The position numbers and the translations under genes were made by a program. The notes beneath the pieces are model-generated. The model was not told the DNA's origin. It worked only from the letters and a program-made list of their open reading frames with translations, and did no database searches. A stretch of 43,944 bases of DNA from Fibrobacteria bacterium (GTDB lineage: Bacteria > Fibrobacterota > Fibrobacteria > UBA11236): assembly GCA_041746255.1 (NCBI GenBank), contig JBGTHM010000060.1:1-43944 (forward strand), in the 5' to 3' direction. Of this stretch, positions 18,345-27,498 are shown in pieces (the stretch's first letter is position 1; each line of letters starts with the position of its first letter).

Positions 18345-19577
18345 ATGAATATTCCCAACACCCCTTTGGCTGAATCCCGGCCATTCCAAGTCTATCTTCA
18401 CGTACCATTTTGCGAGCGGAAATGCCATTATTGCGATTTCGCCAGTTGGGAGCTTCCCACCGTGCAGCAAAAGCGCTGGTTGGAGACCATGCTGCGGGAA
18501 ATGGAGATGCGCTCCGAAAGTTTTCGAGGCCGTCCCGTATCCACCGTTTTTCTGGGTGGAGGCACGCCTTCTCTTTTATTACCGCGCTATCTGGAAACCC
18601 TTATGGTTTCCCTGCGAACCCATTTCGATTTAGCAACCACCTCCGAAATCAGCATCGAGTGTAATCCAAGCAGCTTGAATCCCGAAAAGTTGAACGTCTT
18701 TTCCGGATTGGGAATCAATCGCCTCAGCATCGGTATCCAGACGTTTCAACCTCGTGAATTGCAGGTTTTAGGCAGGGTACACGGTCCCGAAGGCGCAAGA
18801 AGGGCGCTCGCCACGGCCGCATCAGACGGTCGCTTTCGCTTCAGCGGCGACCTTATTTTTGGTGTTCCCGGCCAGACACGCGCCACATTTTTGGAAAACC
18901 TAAGGGAACTTGTGAATTACCGTCCCTCACATGTTTCCTTTTATGGCTTGAGTATTGAGCCGGGTACTCCTTTTGAAGAGTGGGCTCGCACCGGAAAAAT
19001 CCGCACTGTCGATGATGAAGAGTACAACGCCATGTACCGTGAAGGCGTGGCCTATCTCGAGTCCGAAGGCTTCGAGCGTTATGAGGTTTCCAATTTCGCC
19101 CTTGCGGGAATGGCCTGCCGTCACAACCAGGGATATTGGGACGGCGTCGAATATCTAGCCCTAGGTCCGGGTTCCCACAGCTTTGTCGGAAACCGTCGCA
19201 GCATCTCGCCTACGTCTTTCGAAGCCTATCTTGCCTGGGGAGAGCAAGGTTTTCCGGAGAGTGGCCGGGAAAGCGAGGATTTGAGTCGAATGGATAAAGT
19301 CACGGAATACCTATCCTTGTCGCTGCGACAGTCCAGGGGATTGGACCGCTCTGGTTTGGTGGATTTGGGATTTCGGCTTCAGCCGGAGAGTATCCTGCGC
19401 TGGCTTAATTCCGGCTACCTGACAGGAAATTTGGATAATTTGCGACTTTCAGGGGAAGGCTGGCTGGTACTGGATGAAATTTGCGCCGATTTGCTGGCTC
19501 GAGGGGAAATGCTTTCAGAAATGGGCGGAGATATCCCGGAATTCCCATCGCCTGCCGGGGTGGATCTAAGCGAATAA
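18345..19577 (+). CDS. hemW: Radical SAM heme chaperone HemW
   Basis: YLHVPFCERKCHYCDF (CxxxCxxC with the upstream His), GGGTPS, IECNP, YEVSNFA and HNQGYW motifs. Confidence 0.9.
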   Translation: MNIPNTPLAESRPFQVYLHVPFCERKCHYCDFASWELPTVQQKRWLETMLREMEMRSESFRGRPVSTVFLGGGTPSLLLPRYLETLMVSLRTHFDLATTSEISIECNPSSLNPEKLNVFSGLGINRLSIGIQTFQPRELQVLGRVHGPEGARRALATAASDGRFRFSGDLIFGVPGQTRATFLENLRELVNYRPSHVSFYGLSIEPGTPFEEWARTGKIRTVDDEEYNAMYREGVAYLESEGFERYEVSNFALAGMACRHNQGYWDGVEYLALGPGSHSFVGNRRSISPTSFEAYLAWGEQGFPESGRESEDLSRMDKVTEYLSLSLRQSRGLDRSGLVDLGFRLQPESILRWLNSGYLTGNLDNLRLSGEGWLVLDEICADLLARGEMLSEMGGDIPEFPSPAGVDLSE

Positions 19578-19707
19578 GTGCCTGTTTTTTTGGGCGAACA
19601 GGTTGGAGGATGGGAGCATGCTTTTCTCCAGCCAGTTTGGGGCATTTTAATTAGGTTATGAATATCCATTTGCCGTTTTGGTGCGCTTGAAATTTTCTAT
19701 TTCGTGC

Positions 19708-19727
19708 CGAAAAATTATGATTTTTCG
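19708..19727. promoter_or_regulatory. Perfect 8-4-8 palindrome upstream of the sulfatases, candidate operator
   Basis: CGAAAAAT-TATG-ATTTTTCG, centred on a -10-like TATGAT. Confidence 0.4.
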
Positions 19728-19755
19728 ACCGATACCTAAAAATTAGGAGTCGATT

Positions 19756-21447
19756 TTGAAAGCAAATCCAGTGAAATTCATGAAAATTTTAGTCTTGGGA
19801 TTGGCTTCCACCCTGGGGGTCGCCCAGTTTTCCTTTTCGCAACCAAAGCCGAATATCGTTTTCGTTTTTGTGGATGACATGCGCTGGGATATGATGGGCT
19901 CTATGGGGTTGAATAATATCATCAAAACCCCCGTTATGGACTCCCTTGCCACAAATGGAGTTTTATTCAAAAATGCCTATGTCACCACGGCTATTTGTAT
20001 GGCCAGCCGGGCCAGCGTTTATCTCGGGGAACACCAAAATCGGGCAGTTAATAATCGCATCGTCGCTTTCAACGATGCCATTTCTTCGGACAGGATGAAG
20101 CGCACCATTCATGGGATATTACAGGCGAATAACTATTACACGGGTTGGGTGGGGAAAAACCATCTGGCTTCAAGCACAGTGGCGGGTTTCGATTATAGTA
20201 ACACCGCCTCCAGAACTTACTCACAGCAAGAAAACGGTAAACCCATCCATCTGACTACATTCATGACCAATCGTGCGCTTGAGTTTTTGAATAAGGTGCC
20301 CGCCAACAGACCGTTTTATCTGAACCTGAATACTTTTGCGCCGCATGCGGAGGATGCCAAACCGGCCGGTCAACAAATGCCGCCCGAACCCGACTTAAAG
20401 TCCCTGTACGCGAATGACGTCGTCCCCGTGCCGCCTACTGCGGCTCCGGCCTTTTATAACGCTCTCCCCGCTTTTTTGAAGGGGGGCGAATTACGCGACC
20501 GCTGGAATCTCAGGTATACACCCGAACTGTTTCAAGAACAAGTTAAGAACTATTACCGGCTCGTTTCGGGCGTTGACCGTCAGCTTGGTCAAATTGTCGC
20601 GAAAATCAAGGAAATGGGCAGGGCGGACAATACCATCATTGTTTTAATGGGCGACAACGGGATGTTCCTGGGTGAGAGGGGATATGCGGATAAATGGTTG
20701 GCGCATGAACACTCCATACGCGTCCCTTTTTTCGTCCACGATCCGAGGGCGGGAAGCCTCCTCAAAGGGCAGGTTCGGGAAGAAATGGTCTTGAACATCG
20801 ATGTGGCTCCCACGATTTTGTCGCTGGCGGGGTTCGCGATTCCTAAACAAATGCAAGGCGCCAATTTGACTCCTTTACTGAAAAACCAGGCTACGCAGTG
20901 GCGTTCGGATTTCTACTACGAGCACCCGTGGACCAATGGTAAAATCCCGGTTTCCTATGCCTTAGTGGAGTCGCAATACAAATACATCGAATACAAAGGC
21001 CAACCTCAGTTTATCGAATTGTACGATGTCATAAAAGATCCCTATGAAATGGATAACCTGGCATACAAGCCGGAGTTCAAGACCAGGCTCGATGCCATGA
21101 AGAGCCGCTTTGCGGAACTGAAGAAATCATCCTATGATGACGACGAAATCAAGGAAAGACTGAAGCCGACCAGCACGGTTTCCGTAACACATCAGGGCGT
21201 AACAAAACATACCATCAAGGCCCATGTCGAACAGAATTTCTTGGTCATTTCGAGTTCTATCGGAAACGGAAATTTTCGCGTGACGGATCTGAAGGGTTCC
21301 GTAATTGAATCGGGCAGCTTGAACGGCAAGGGAGACGGTCGCATATCTCTTGGGGCCAAGGTACGATCCGGCATCTATTTACTCGATGTATCCGCAGGAA
21401 AAGACATAATCGAACGGCGGGTTGTCTTCGCTGCTTCGAATTTATAG
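19756..21447 (+). CDS. Secreted formylglycine-dependent (S1) sulfatase, copy 1, with C-terminal sorting-like domain
   Basis: Signal peptide, KPNIVFVFVDD, C-M-A-S-R motif, GKNH, GDNG, HSIRVPFFV, NIDVAPT and ELYDVIKDPYE; TTG start with AGGAG 6 nt upstream. Confidence 0.9.
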   Translation: MKANPVKFMKILVLGLASTLGVAQFSFSQPKPNIVFVFVDDMRWDMMGSMGLNNIIKTPVMDSLATNGVLFKNAYVTTAICMASRASVYLGEHQNRAVNNRIVAFNDAISSDRMKRTIHGILQANNYYTGWVGKNHLASSTVAGFDYSNTASRTYSQQENGKPIHLTTFMTNRALEFLNKVPANRPFYLNLNTFAPHAEDAKPAGQQMPPEPDLKSLYANDVVPVPPTAAPAFYNALPAFLKGGELRDRWNLRYTPELFQEQVKNYYRLVSGVDRQLGQIVAKIKEMGRADNTIIVLMGDNGMFLGERGYADKWLAHEHSIRVPFFVHDPRAGSLLKGQVREEMVLNIDVAPTILSLAGFAIPKQMQGANLTPLLKNQATQWRSDFYYEHPWTNGKIPVSYALVESQYKYIEYKGQPQFIELYDVIKDPYEMDNLAYKPEFKTRLDAMKSRFAELKKSSYDDDEIKERLKPTSTVSVTHQGVTKHTIKAHVEQNFLVISSSIGNGNFRVTDLKGSVIESGSLNGKGDGRISLGAKVRSGIYLLDVSAGKDIIERRVVFAASNL

Positions 21448-21484
21448 CCCGCTAGAGCGGTGAAGCATGGCAAAGGGGTGGAAC

Positions 21485-23176
21485 TTGAAAACGAACCAAA
21501 AGAGCTTTGCTCGGGCACTCCTATTCGGATTGGTTTCGACAATTTTGGTCGGACAGTTTTCCTATGCGCAAACAAAACCGAATATCGTTTTCGTTTTTGT
21601 GGATGACATGCGCTGGGATATGATGGGCTCTATGGGGTTGAATAATATCATCAAAACCCCCGTTATGGACTCCCTTGCCAATAAAGGGGTTCTATTCAAA
21701 AACGCGTATGTGACTACCGCCATTTGCATGGCCAGCCGGGCCAGCGTTTACCTTGGAGAACATCAAAACCGGGCCGTGGATAATCGCATCGTCGCTTTCG
21801 GCGATGTTATCACTGCGGACCGAATGAAGCGTACCATCCATGGGGTACTGCAGGCGAATAACTATTACACGGGTTGGGTGGGGAAAAACCACTTGCACTC
21901 CAGCACAGTGGCGGGTTTCGATTTTAAAAATACCGCCTCTACAACCTATACGCAGCAAGAAGGCGGCAAACCGATACATCTGACTACATTCATGACCAAT
22001 CGTGCGCTTGAGTTTCTGGATAAGGTTCCCGCCAACAGGCCTTTTTATCTGAACCTCAATACCTTCGCACCGCACGCGGAGGACTCCAAACCGGCGGGTC
22101 AACAAATGCCGCCTGAACCCGACCTAGTCTCCCTTTACAAGAATGACGTTATCCCTGTGCCGCCTACTGCGGATCCGGCTTTTTATAATGCCCTCCCAGC
22201 CTTCTTACAGGGGGGGGAGTTGCGGAGTCGGTGGAATCTCAGGTATACACCCGAACTGTTTCAAGAACAAGTAAAGAATTATTACCGTCTCATTTCGGGC
22301 GTCGACCGTCAGCTTGGATTGATTGTCGCGAAAATCAAGGATATGGGTAGGGCGGACAATACCATCATTGTATTAATGGGCGACAACGGGATGTTCTTGG
22401 GTGAGAGGGGATATGCGGATAAATGGCTGGCCCATGAACACTCCATACGCGTCCCTTTTTTCGTCCATGATCCCAGGGCCGCAGGCCATCTCAAAGGGAT
22501 GGTCCGGGAGGAAATGGTCCTGAATATCGATGTGGCTCCCACTATCTTGTCCCTGGCGGGGTTTGCGATTCCCAAACAAATGCAAGGTACCGATTTGACC
22601 CCCTTGCTTAAAAACCAGGATACGCAGTGGCGCACGGACTTCTACTATGAGCACCCCTGGACCAATAATAGAATCCCGATTTCCTATGCGCTGGTCGAAT
22701 CGCAATACAAATACATCGAATACAAAGATCACCCCGAATTCATAGAATTGTACGACGTCATAAAAGATCCTTATGAAATGGATAATCTGGCATACAAGGC
22801 CGAATTCAAGAGCAGGCTCGATGCCATGAAAAGCCGTTTCGCGGAATTGAAGAAATCATCTTATGAGGACGATGAAATCAAGGAAAGACTGATGCCGGTG
22901 GCCACCACTGCGATCGCTCCCAAGGGCGCTATGCAACCGACCATCAATGCCCGGATGGAAAATAACTTATTGGTTGTTTTCAGTTCCGTCGCAAACGGTA
23001 ATTTTCGCGTGACGGATCTAAAGGGTTCCGTGATTCGTTCAGGGAGTCTGGATGGCAATGGCAATGCTCAGATTTCACTTGGAACGGGACTCCAATCCGG
23101 CATTTATTTGCTCGACATCTCTGCTGGAAAGGACGTGAAGGAACGTCGGATGGTCTTTGCCTCGGCTAAGATCTGA
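21485..23176 (+). CDS. Secreted S1 sulfatase, copy 2 (tandem paralog)
   Basis: Same motifs as copy 1. TTG at 21485 is the paralogous start (offset 1729 bp, AGGGG upstream); ATG 21467 is the alternative. Confidence 0.9.
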   Translation: MKTNQKSFARALLFGLVSTILVGQFSYAQTKPNIVFVFVDDMRWDMMGSMGLNNIIKTPVMDSLANKGVLFKNAYVTTAICMASRASVYLGEHQNRAVDNRIVAFGDVITADRMKRTIHGVLQANNYYTGWVGKNHLHSSTVAGFDFKNTASTTYTQQEGGKPIHLTTFMTNRALEFLDKVPANRPFYLNLNTFAPHAEDSKPAGQQMPPEPDLVSLYKNDVIPVPPTADPAFYNALPAFLQGGELRSRWNLRYTPELFQEQVKNYYRLISGVDRQLGLIVAKIKDMGRADNTIIVLMGDNGMFLGERGYADKWLAHEHSIRVPFFVHDPRAAGHLKGMVREEMVLNIDVAPTILSLAGFAIPKQMQGTDLTPLLKNQDTQWRTDFYYEHPWTNNRIPISYALVESQYKYIEYKDHPEFIELYDVIKDPYEMDNLAYKAEFKSRLDAMKSRFAELKKSSYEDDEIKERLMPVATTAIAPKGAMQPTINARMENNLLVVFSSVANGNFRVTDLKGSVIRSGSLDGNGNAQISLGTGLQSGIYLLDISAGKDVKERRMVFASAKI

Positions 23177-23214
23177 CCGACCACCTTTGGGGTAACGCTT
23201 AATGGGTTGACGAC

Positions 23215-23979
23215 TCAAACCTCAGCGATGAGTTTGGGTTCGAAATCGATATAGTCCACCGCCGTCAAATGGTAGCGTACCCCTTTCCGTTCTCCGAATA
23301 TTCTTCCCCTGAGTCCCTCTTTGATGGAGTGCAGATGTCCAAAGACAACGTCCTGGGCTCCGGCATTCGCTATCATGGTAGAAGCGCGAGAAGGCGTCAG
23401 GTCGGGGCTTAAAGGGGGATAATGCGTGAGGGCGAAGCGCCTACCGGAAAAATCCGAGGGGATTGAATCGATGGAAAGTTTGAGCCGGGTCAATTCCCGG
23501 TCATAGGTTTGCTGTTCCTGCAAGAGGTCCATTCCCGCTTTTATTCCGGGAATGCTGCCTTTTGCGGGGTCCCAGGCGATCGCATCGAAGGCCGAATATT
23601 CGTCCGTATCCCATAGCCGAGTGCCGAAAAACAGCACGTCTTGCAAAATCACATGGTTGTTCTGGATGAAACGGACGCTGGGTGGACAGACGGCCGCGAG
23701 TTGGGTGCCGCTTGGCCACCAAATATCATGGTTTCCTCTCAGGATGACTTTGCTTCCGGGGAGGGAATCGAGCCATTGTAAATCCGGGATGGCCTCTTCC
23801 AGCCTTTTCGCCCAGCTGATGTCGCCCGGCACCATCACGATGTCGTTGGGTTCGACCTTGGCTTCCCAATTTCGCCGGATTTTGTCGGGGTGGCCCACCC
23901 ATTCCGGCCCAAAGCGGTCCATGGATTTTCCGGGAACGCCGAAGGAGAGATGGGGATCGGATAGGGCGAAGATGCGCAT
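23215..23979 (-). CDS. Calcineurin-like metallophosphoesterase
   Basis: SDPH, GDISWA, RGNHD, THYPP and FGHLH motifs. Confidence 0.88.
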   Translation of the reverse strand: MRIFALSDPHLSFGVPGKSMDRFGPEWVGHPDKIRRNWEAKVEPNDIVMVPGDISWAKRLEEAIPDLQWLDSLPGSKVILRGNHDIWWPSGTQLAAVCPPSVRFIQNNHVILQDVLFFGTRLWDTDEYSAFDAIAWDPAKGSIPGIKAGMDLLQEQQTYDRELTRLKLSIDSIPSDFSGRRFALTHYPPLSPDLTPSRASTMIANAGAQDVVFGHLHSIKEGLRGRIFGERKGVRYHLTAVDYIDFEPKLIAEV

Positions 23980-24069
23980 GCCCTGAAAACTACTTCTTAT
24001 TCGCGGATTGGCAATTTAAGCGATAACCTCTCCCTCCCGACGGGGGTGGTGATGCGTTATCTTTGCAAT

Positions 24070-25248
24070 ATGCCATCCTCTTGGGAAAGAATCATCCTCC
24101 ACGTGGACATGGATGCGTTTTATGCATCCGTGGAACAATTGGAGAACCCTGCATTGCGCGGCCAACCCGTCATTGTCGGGGGAGTCGATTCCACCCGGGG
24201 AGTGGTCTCCTCGGCCTCCTATGAGGCCCGTGCTTTCGGGGTACGTTCGGCCATGCCGGTGAGGGAGGCCCGCCGTAAATGCCCCCAAGGTATTTATATA
24301 GCCGGAAGACATAGCTTATACCTCGAATACTCCCGTCGGCTCATGCAGATTCTCGATGATTTTTCCCCAATAGTCGAAGCCGTTTCGGTGGACGAGGCTT
24401 TTCTGGATTTGACCGGAACCACGGGACTGTGGGGGCTACCGCTGCAAGCCGCCGCTAGGCTCCAGGAAAAAATCCGCGCGGAATTGCTCTTAAGCGCTTC
24501 CGTAGGTGTGGCGGAGAATAAATTTCTGGCCAAGTTGGCCTCCGATTTCCGAAAACCGGCGGGGATAACCTTGGTGGAACCCGGACAGACCCTTGAATTC
24601 TTGGATCCGCTGCCGGCAGAGCGCTTATGGGGAGTGGGCAAAAAAAGCAGTGATCTGCTGCATGCAGCGGGGTTCCACTTCATCAGGCACATCCGGGAGC
24701 AAACCCGCGAGCGTATCCAGGAGATACTTGGTGAAAATCTGGGGAAACATGTGCATGACCTCGCTTTCGGCCACGACAATCGGGAGCTATCCAACGATAC
24801 CGGCGAAAAGAGTCTGTCGCATGAGCATACTTTCGAGACCGATTGCGCCGAAACAGCTGAATTGGAATCCATACTCCTGGAGATGAGTGATAAAGTGGCT
24901 TTTCGCGCCCGCAAACAAGGTCTGATGGGGCGAACCGTCACTCTGGTCTGGCGCGATCCGGATTTTTCCCGGCACTCCCGTTCCAAAACCCTGGGGCGGG
25001 GTACGCAAAGCGGGGGTGAAATCCATGCCGTGACGGTCGAAGCCTTGCAAGCCCTAATTGCCGAAAAAAAGGGACGTCGCTCCTTCCGCCTTCTGGGTGT
25101 GCGGCTGTCGCATTTTTCAGCTCCGGGCGAGCAGCTCACTCTCTGGGATCAGGCTCCTAAGGTTTCGCAATCCCTGGATAAAGCCCTTGATGCCGTGCGG
25201 TCTCGGTTCGGAGAAGACGCCATCCGCCGAGGCAGGCATTTGGAATGA
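24070..25248 (+). CDS. dinB: DNA polymerase IV (Y family)
   Basis: HVDMDAFYASVE, SYEAR, SVDEAFLD, KLASDFRKP and GVGKK motifs; start set to ATG 24070. Confidence 0.95.
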   Translation: MPSSWERIILHVDMDAFYASVEQLENPALRGQPVIVGGVDSTRGVVSSASYEARAFGVRSAMPVREARRKCPQGIYIAGRHSLYLEYSRRLMQILDDFSPIVEAVSVDEAFLDLTGTTGLWGLPLQAAARLQEKIRAELLLSASVGVAENKFLAKLASDFRKPAGITLVEPGQTLEFLDPLPAERLWGVGKKSSDLLHAAGFHFIRHIREQTRERIQEILGENLGKHVHDLAFGHDNRELSNDTGEKSLSHEHTFETDCAETAELESILLEMSDKVAFRARKQGLMGRTVTLVWRDPDFSRHSRSKTLGRGTQSGGEIHAVTVEALQALIAEKKGRRSFRLLGVRLSHFSAPGEQLTLWDQAPKVSQSLDKALDAVRSRFGEDAIRRGRHLE

Positions 25249-25304
25249 AGCTTCGGTTGGGGATGGCAAAGCGTTAATGTGCCGAAGAAACGGGTGAAGG
25301 GCAC

Positions 25305-27338
25305 TCAAAATATTTTTTCAATCGCCAATAAAGTCATATCGTCAAATTGATTGCGGCCATTTACGTGGAGGTTGACATCGGTTAGTACCTCCTGAATGAG
25401 TTCCGGAGCCGGTAAACCCCGATGCTCTTTAAGGGTTCGCATCAGCCGCTCTTTCCCATAGGTCTCATTCCGGGAATTCATGGCTTCGTCCACTCCATCG
25501 GTATAGGCGAAAAATTTATCGCCGGGCCGTAAAGCCAGCGTGATGTTTTCCAATTTCGATTCGAAAAAAATTCCGGAGGCCATTCCGAGGGCTATTCCCC
25601 GTGAAGAAATGCAGGTGGCCGTATCCTGGTTGGTACCATAGGCTAAAAGCTGCGGGTGGCCCGCGCGGCTGAGGTTCAAAACTCTACCTTGGTCAGACAG
25701 GATAAGGCAAAGGCAAGTGATGAATGACATTTCGCGTTGCAGTTCCGTGGCCATCAATCGGTTTACGGAAATCAACAAGTCCCGGGCGGACTCCGCCTTT
25801 CGACCCTCAGCCCGTATGCAACTGCGTAGGCTGGTCATTACCAGGGCCGCCGGTATTCCCTTGCCGCAAACGTCCGCGATGGCGATGACCCAATCTCCCT
25901 TTTCATTTTGGAAATAATCCAGGTAATCGCCGCCTATTTCCCGGGCGGGTTGGCAAACGCCTGTCAGCGAAAGGCCGGGAATATCCGGTGGCTCGGGGAT
26001 GTAATGCATCTGGATTTGCCGGGCAACCTGCAATTCGCTTTCCATGCGGGTTTTCTCTTCGAGCGCGCTATAGTGGTTCGCGTTTTCCCAAGCCGCCGAG
26101 GCTTGGGAGGCTAGGGTGCCCAACAAGGGCAATTCAGTGGCCAATGCGGATTCAACGGAAGGGGGTATGATTATCTGGATTCCACCCAGCAATTTCCGAC
26201 CGCTCCAAAAGGGAATCCACAAGCGGCTGCCGGATAGGCCTGGATTTTCCGCCAATGCGGATTGCGGTTGGTGAAGCACAATCTCCCGTTTAGGTTGGGT
26301 GGGCGGAATTTCCAGCAGGCTCAAGCCAATGTCTGGGGAATCGGAGAAGGCTTGGGAACAACGTAAACTGGCGAATCCTTCATCCGTACACTCCACCATT
26401 TGCATGGGACACCCGGGAAAGCGCGCGGAAAAGGTATGGAAAACCTCCCTTAATACGTCCTCCCTCTCTAATAAATGGGCGAAATTCTGTCCTCTTTCGT
26501 TCAGATAATGCAATTGCTCGATGCGCGATGTCATTTCCTGGTTGGCTCGCTCCAACTCCCATGTGCGCTCCCTGACCTTTTGCTCCAGGGTTTCATTGGC
26601 CTTCACTAATTTCGCTTCGGCGCTTTTAAGGGCGGTGATGTCCTTATAAATACCCACGATGAAGGGGGTGCCATTCGCATCGACGTAAAGCTGCTTACGA
26701 GTAAGAATCGACCTGGGCTCCAATCCGGGCGCCGTGATGGTTTCCTCGTTCACGTCTTCACGGCCGGTTTGAAAAACCTCCTCATCCCTTTTTTTAAAAA
26801 CATCCGCTTCTTGCGCAGAGAATAAATCGTAATCCGAGAGCCCTATCAATTCATTCATGGGCTTTCCGAGCGCAGAGGCCGTGGCCTGGTTCATCATGAC
26901 CAACCGGCCCTGGCGATCCTTTACGAAAATAGAGTCGCCGATGAAGTCGATAATTTTTTTCCGGAATTCCTCTTGAAGTCCAACTGCAGGGGTCTTTCCC
27001 ACATGAGGCTCCGACGGAGCGAAAACCCACCAAAGGAATTCACTTTGATCGGAGAGCGTGTGGTGAGTGGAAAGGATGTTGCGGTGGATTTCCTTGCCGC
27101 CCGCTCCCAATAGAATCGTGGGTTCCTCTGTGGTTCCGGCTTCTTTGGCGCGTATCCACCATTCGGACCATTTCCGTTGCGTGAGGTCGGGACGGATTCT
27201 GAAAACCGTCAGTTGCTCGATATCGTCGTGGGAAATCCCCAAAAGTTCGACCGCAGCCTGGTTGGCGAAAGGAATATTTCCTTGGGGATCCATCCACAAT
27301 ACCGCTTGGTGGAAACGGTCGAGCGTGGCCCGGTACAT
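25305..27338 (-). CDS. PAS-PAS-(GAF-like)-PP2C/SpoIIE phosphatase, RsbU-like
   Basis: Two PAS segments (FANQAAVELLG; FVKDRQGRLVMMNQA..ELIG), coiled coil, ELQVARQIQ, IGGDYLD, IADVCGKG, YTDG and DDMT. Likely start is ATG 27338 or TTG 27359; the longer 27833 start overlaps the divergent gene. Confidence 0.88.
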   Translation of the reverse strand: MYRATLDRFHQAVLWMDPQGNIPFANQAAVELLGISHDDIEQLTVFRIRPDLTQRKWSEWWIRAKEAGTTEEPTILLGAGGKEIHRNILSTHHTLSDQSEFLWWVFAPSEPHVGKTPAVGLQEEFRKKIIDFIGDSIFVKDRQGRLVMMNQATASALGKPMNELIGLSDYDLFSAQEADVFKKRDEEVFQTGREDVNEETITAPGLEPRSILTRKQLYVDANGTPFIVGIYKDITALKSAEAKLVKANETLEQKVRERTWELERANQEMTSRIEQLHYLNERGQNFAHLLEREDVLREVFHTFSARFPGCPMQMVECTDEGFASLRCSQAFSDSPDIGLSLLEIPPTQPKREIVLHQPQSALAENPGLSGSRLWIPFWSGRKLLGGIQIIIPPSVESALATELPLLGTLASQASAAWENANHYSALEEKTRMESELQVARQIQMHYIPEPPDIPGLSLTGVCQPAREIGGDYLDYFQNEKGDWVIAIADVCGKGIPAALVMTSLRSCIRAEGRKAESARDLLISVNRLMATELQREMSFITCLCLILSDQGRVLNLSRAGHPQLLAYGTNQDTATCISSRGIALGMASGIFFESKLENITLALRPGDKFFAYTDGVDEAMNSRNETYGKERLMRTLKEHRGLPAPELIQEVLTDVNLHVNGRNQFDDMTLLAIEKIF

Positions 27339-27498
27339 GTCCGTAAATTCGGGTTTCAAAGTAATTGAAAGTATACCAAAGCTTCCGGCAGGTGGCCTAG
27401 CCCCGGATTTCCGGAAAATGCGGCTGGCACCGGGAAATACCCGCTCGAATGCTATTTTTATTTCTGAATAATGAAATGGTACGAATTTTGGAGTTTTC

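Larger units (their letters stand above)
19756..23176 (+). repeat. Tandem gene duplication, unit offset 1729 bp
   Basis: Colinear nucleotide similarity over the catalytic domains, including a 103-bp identical block (19849-19951 = 21578-21680). Confidence 0.95.

Noticed and set aside
18345..19577. Adjacent radical SAM gene as the sulfatase maturase (anSME)
   Set aside because: Its motifs are HemW-type and it has no C-terminal Cys-rich SPASM domain.
19680..19707. dif-like site (GGTGCGCTTGA matches the E. coli XerC arm at 9 of 11 positions)
   Set aside because: The normally better-conserved XerD arm matches TTATGTTAAAT at only 4 of 11 positions.
19756..23176. Sulfatase pair as a DGR template/variable repeat
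   Set aside because: Differences are mostly third-position and not adenine-specific, both copies are complete genes, and no reverse transcriptase is present.
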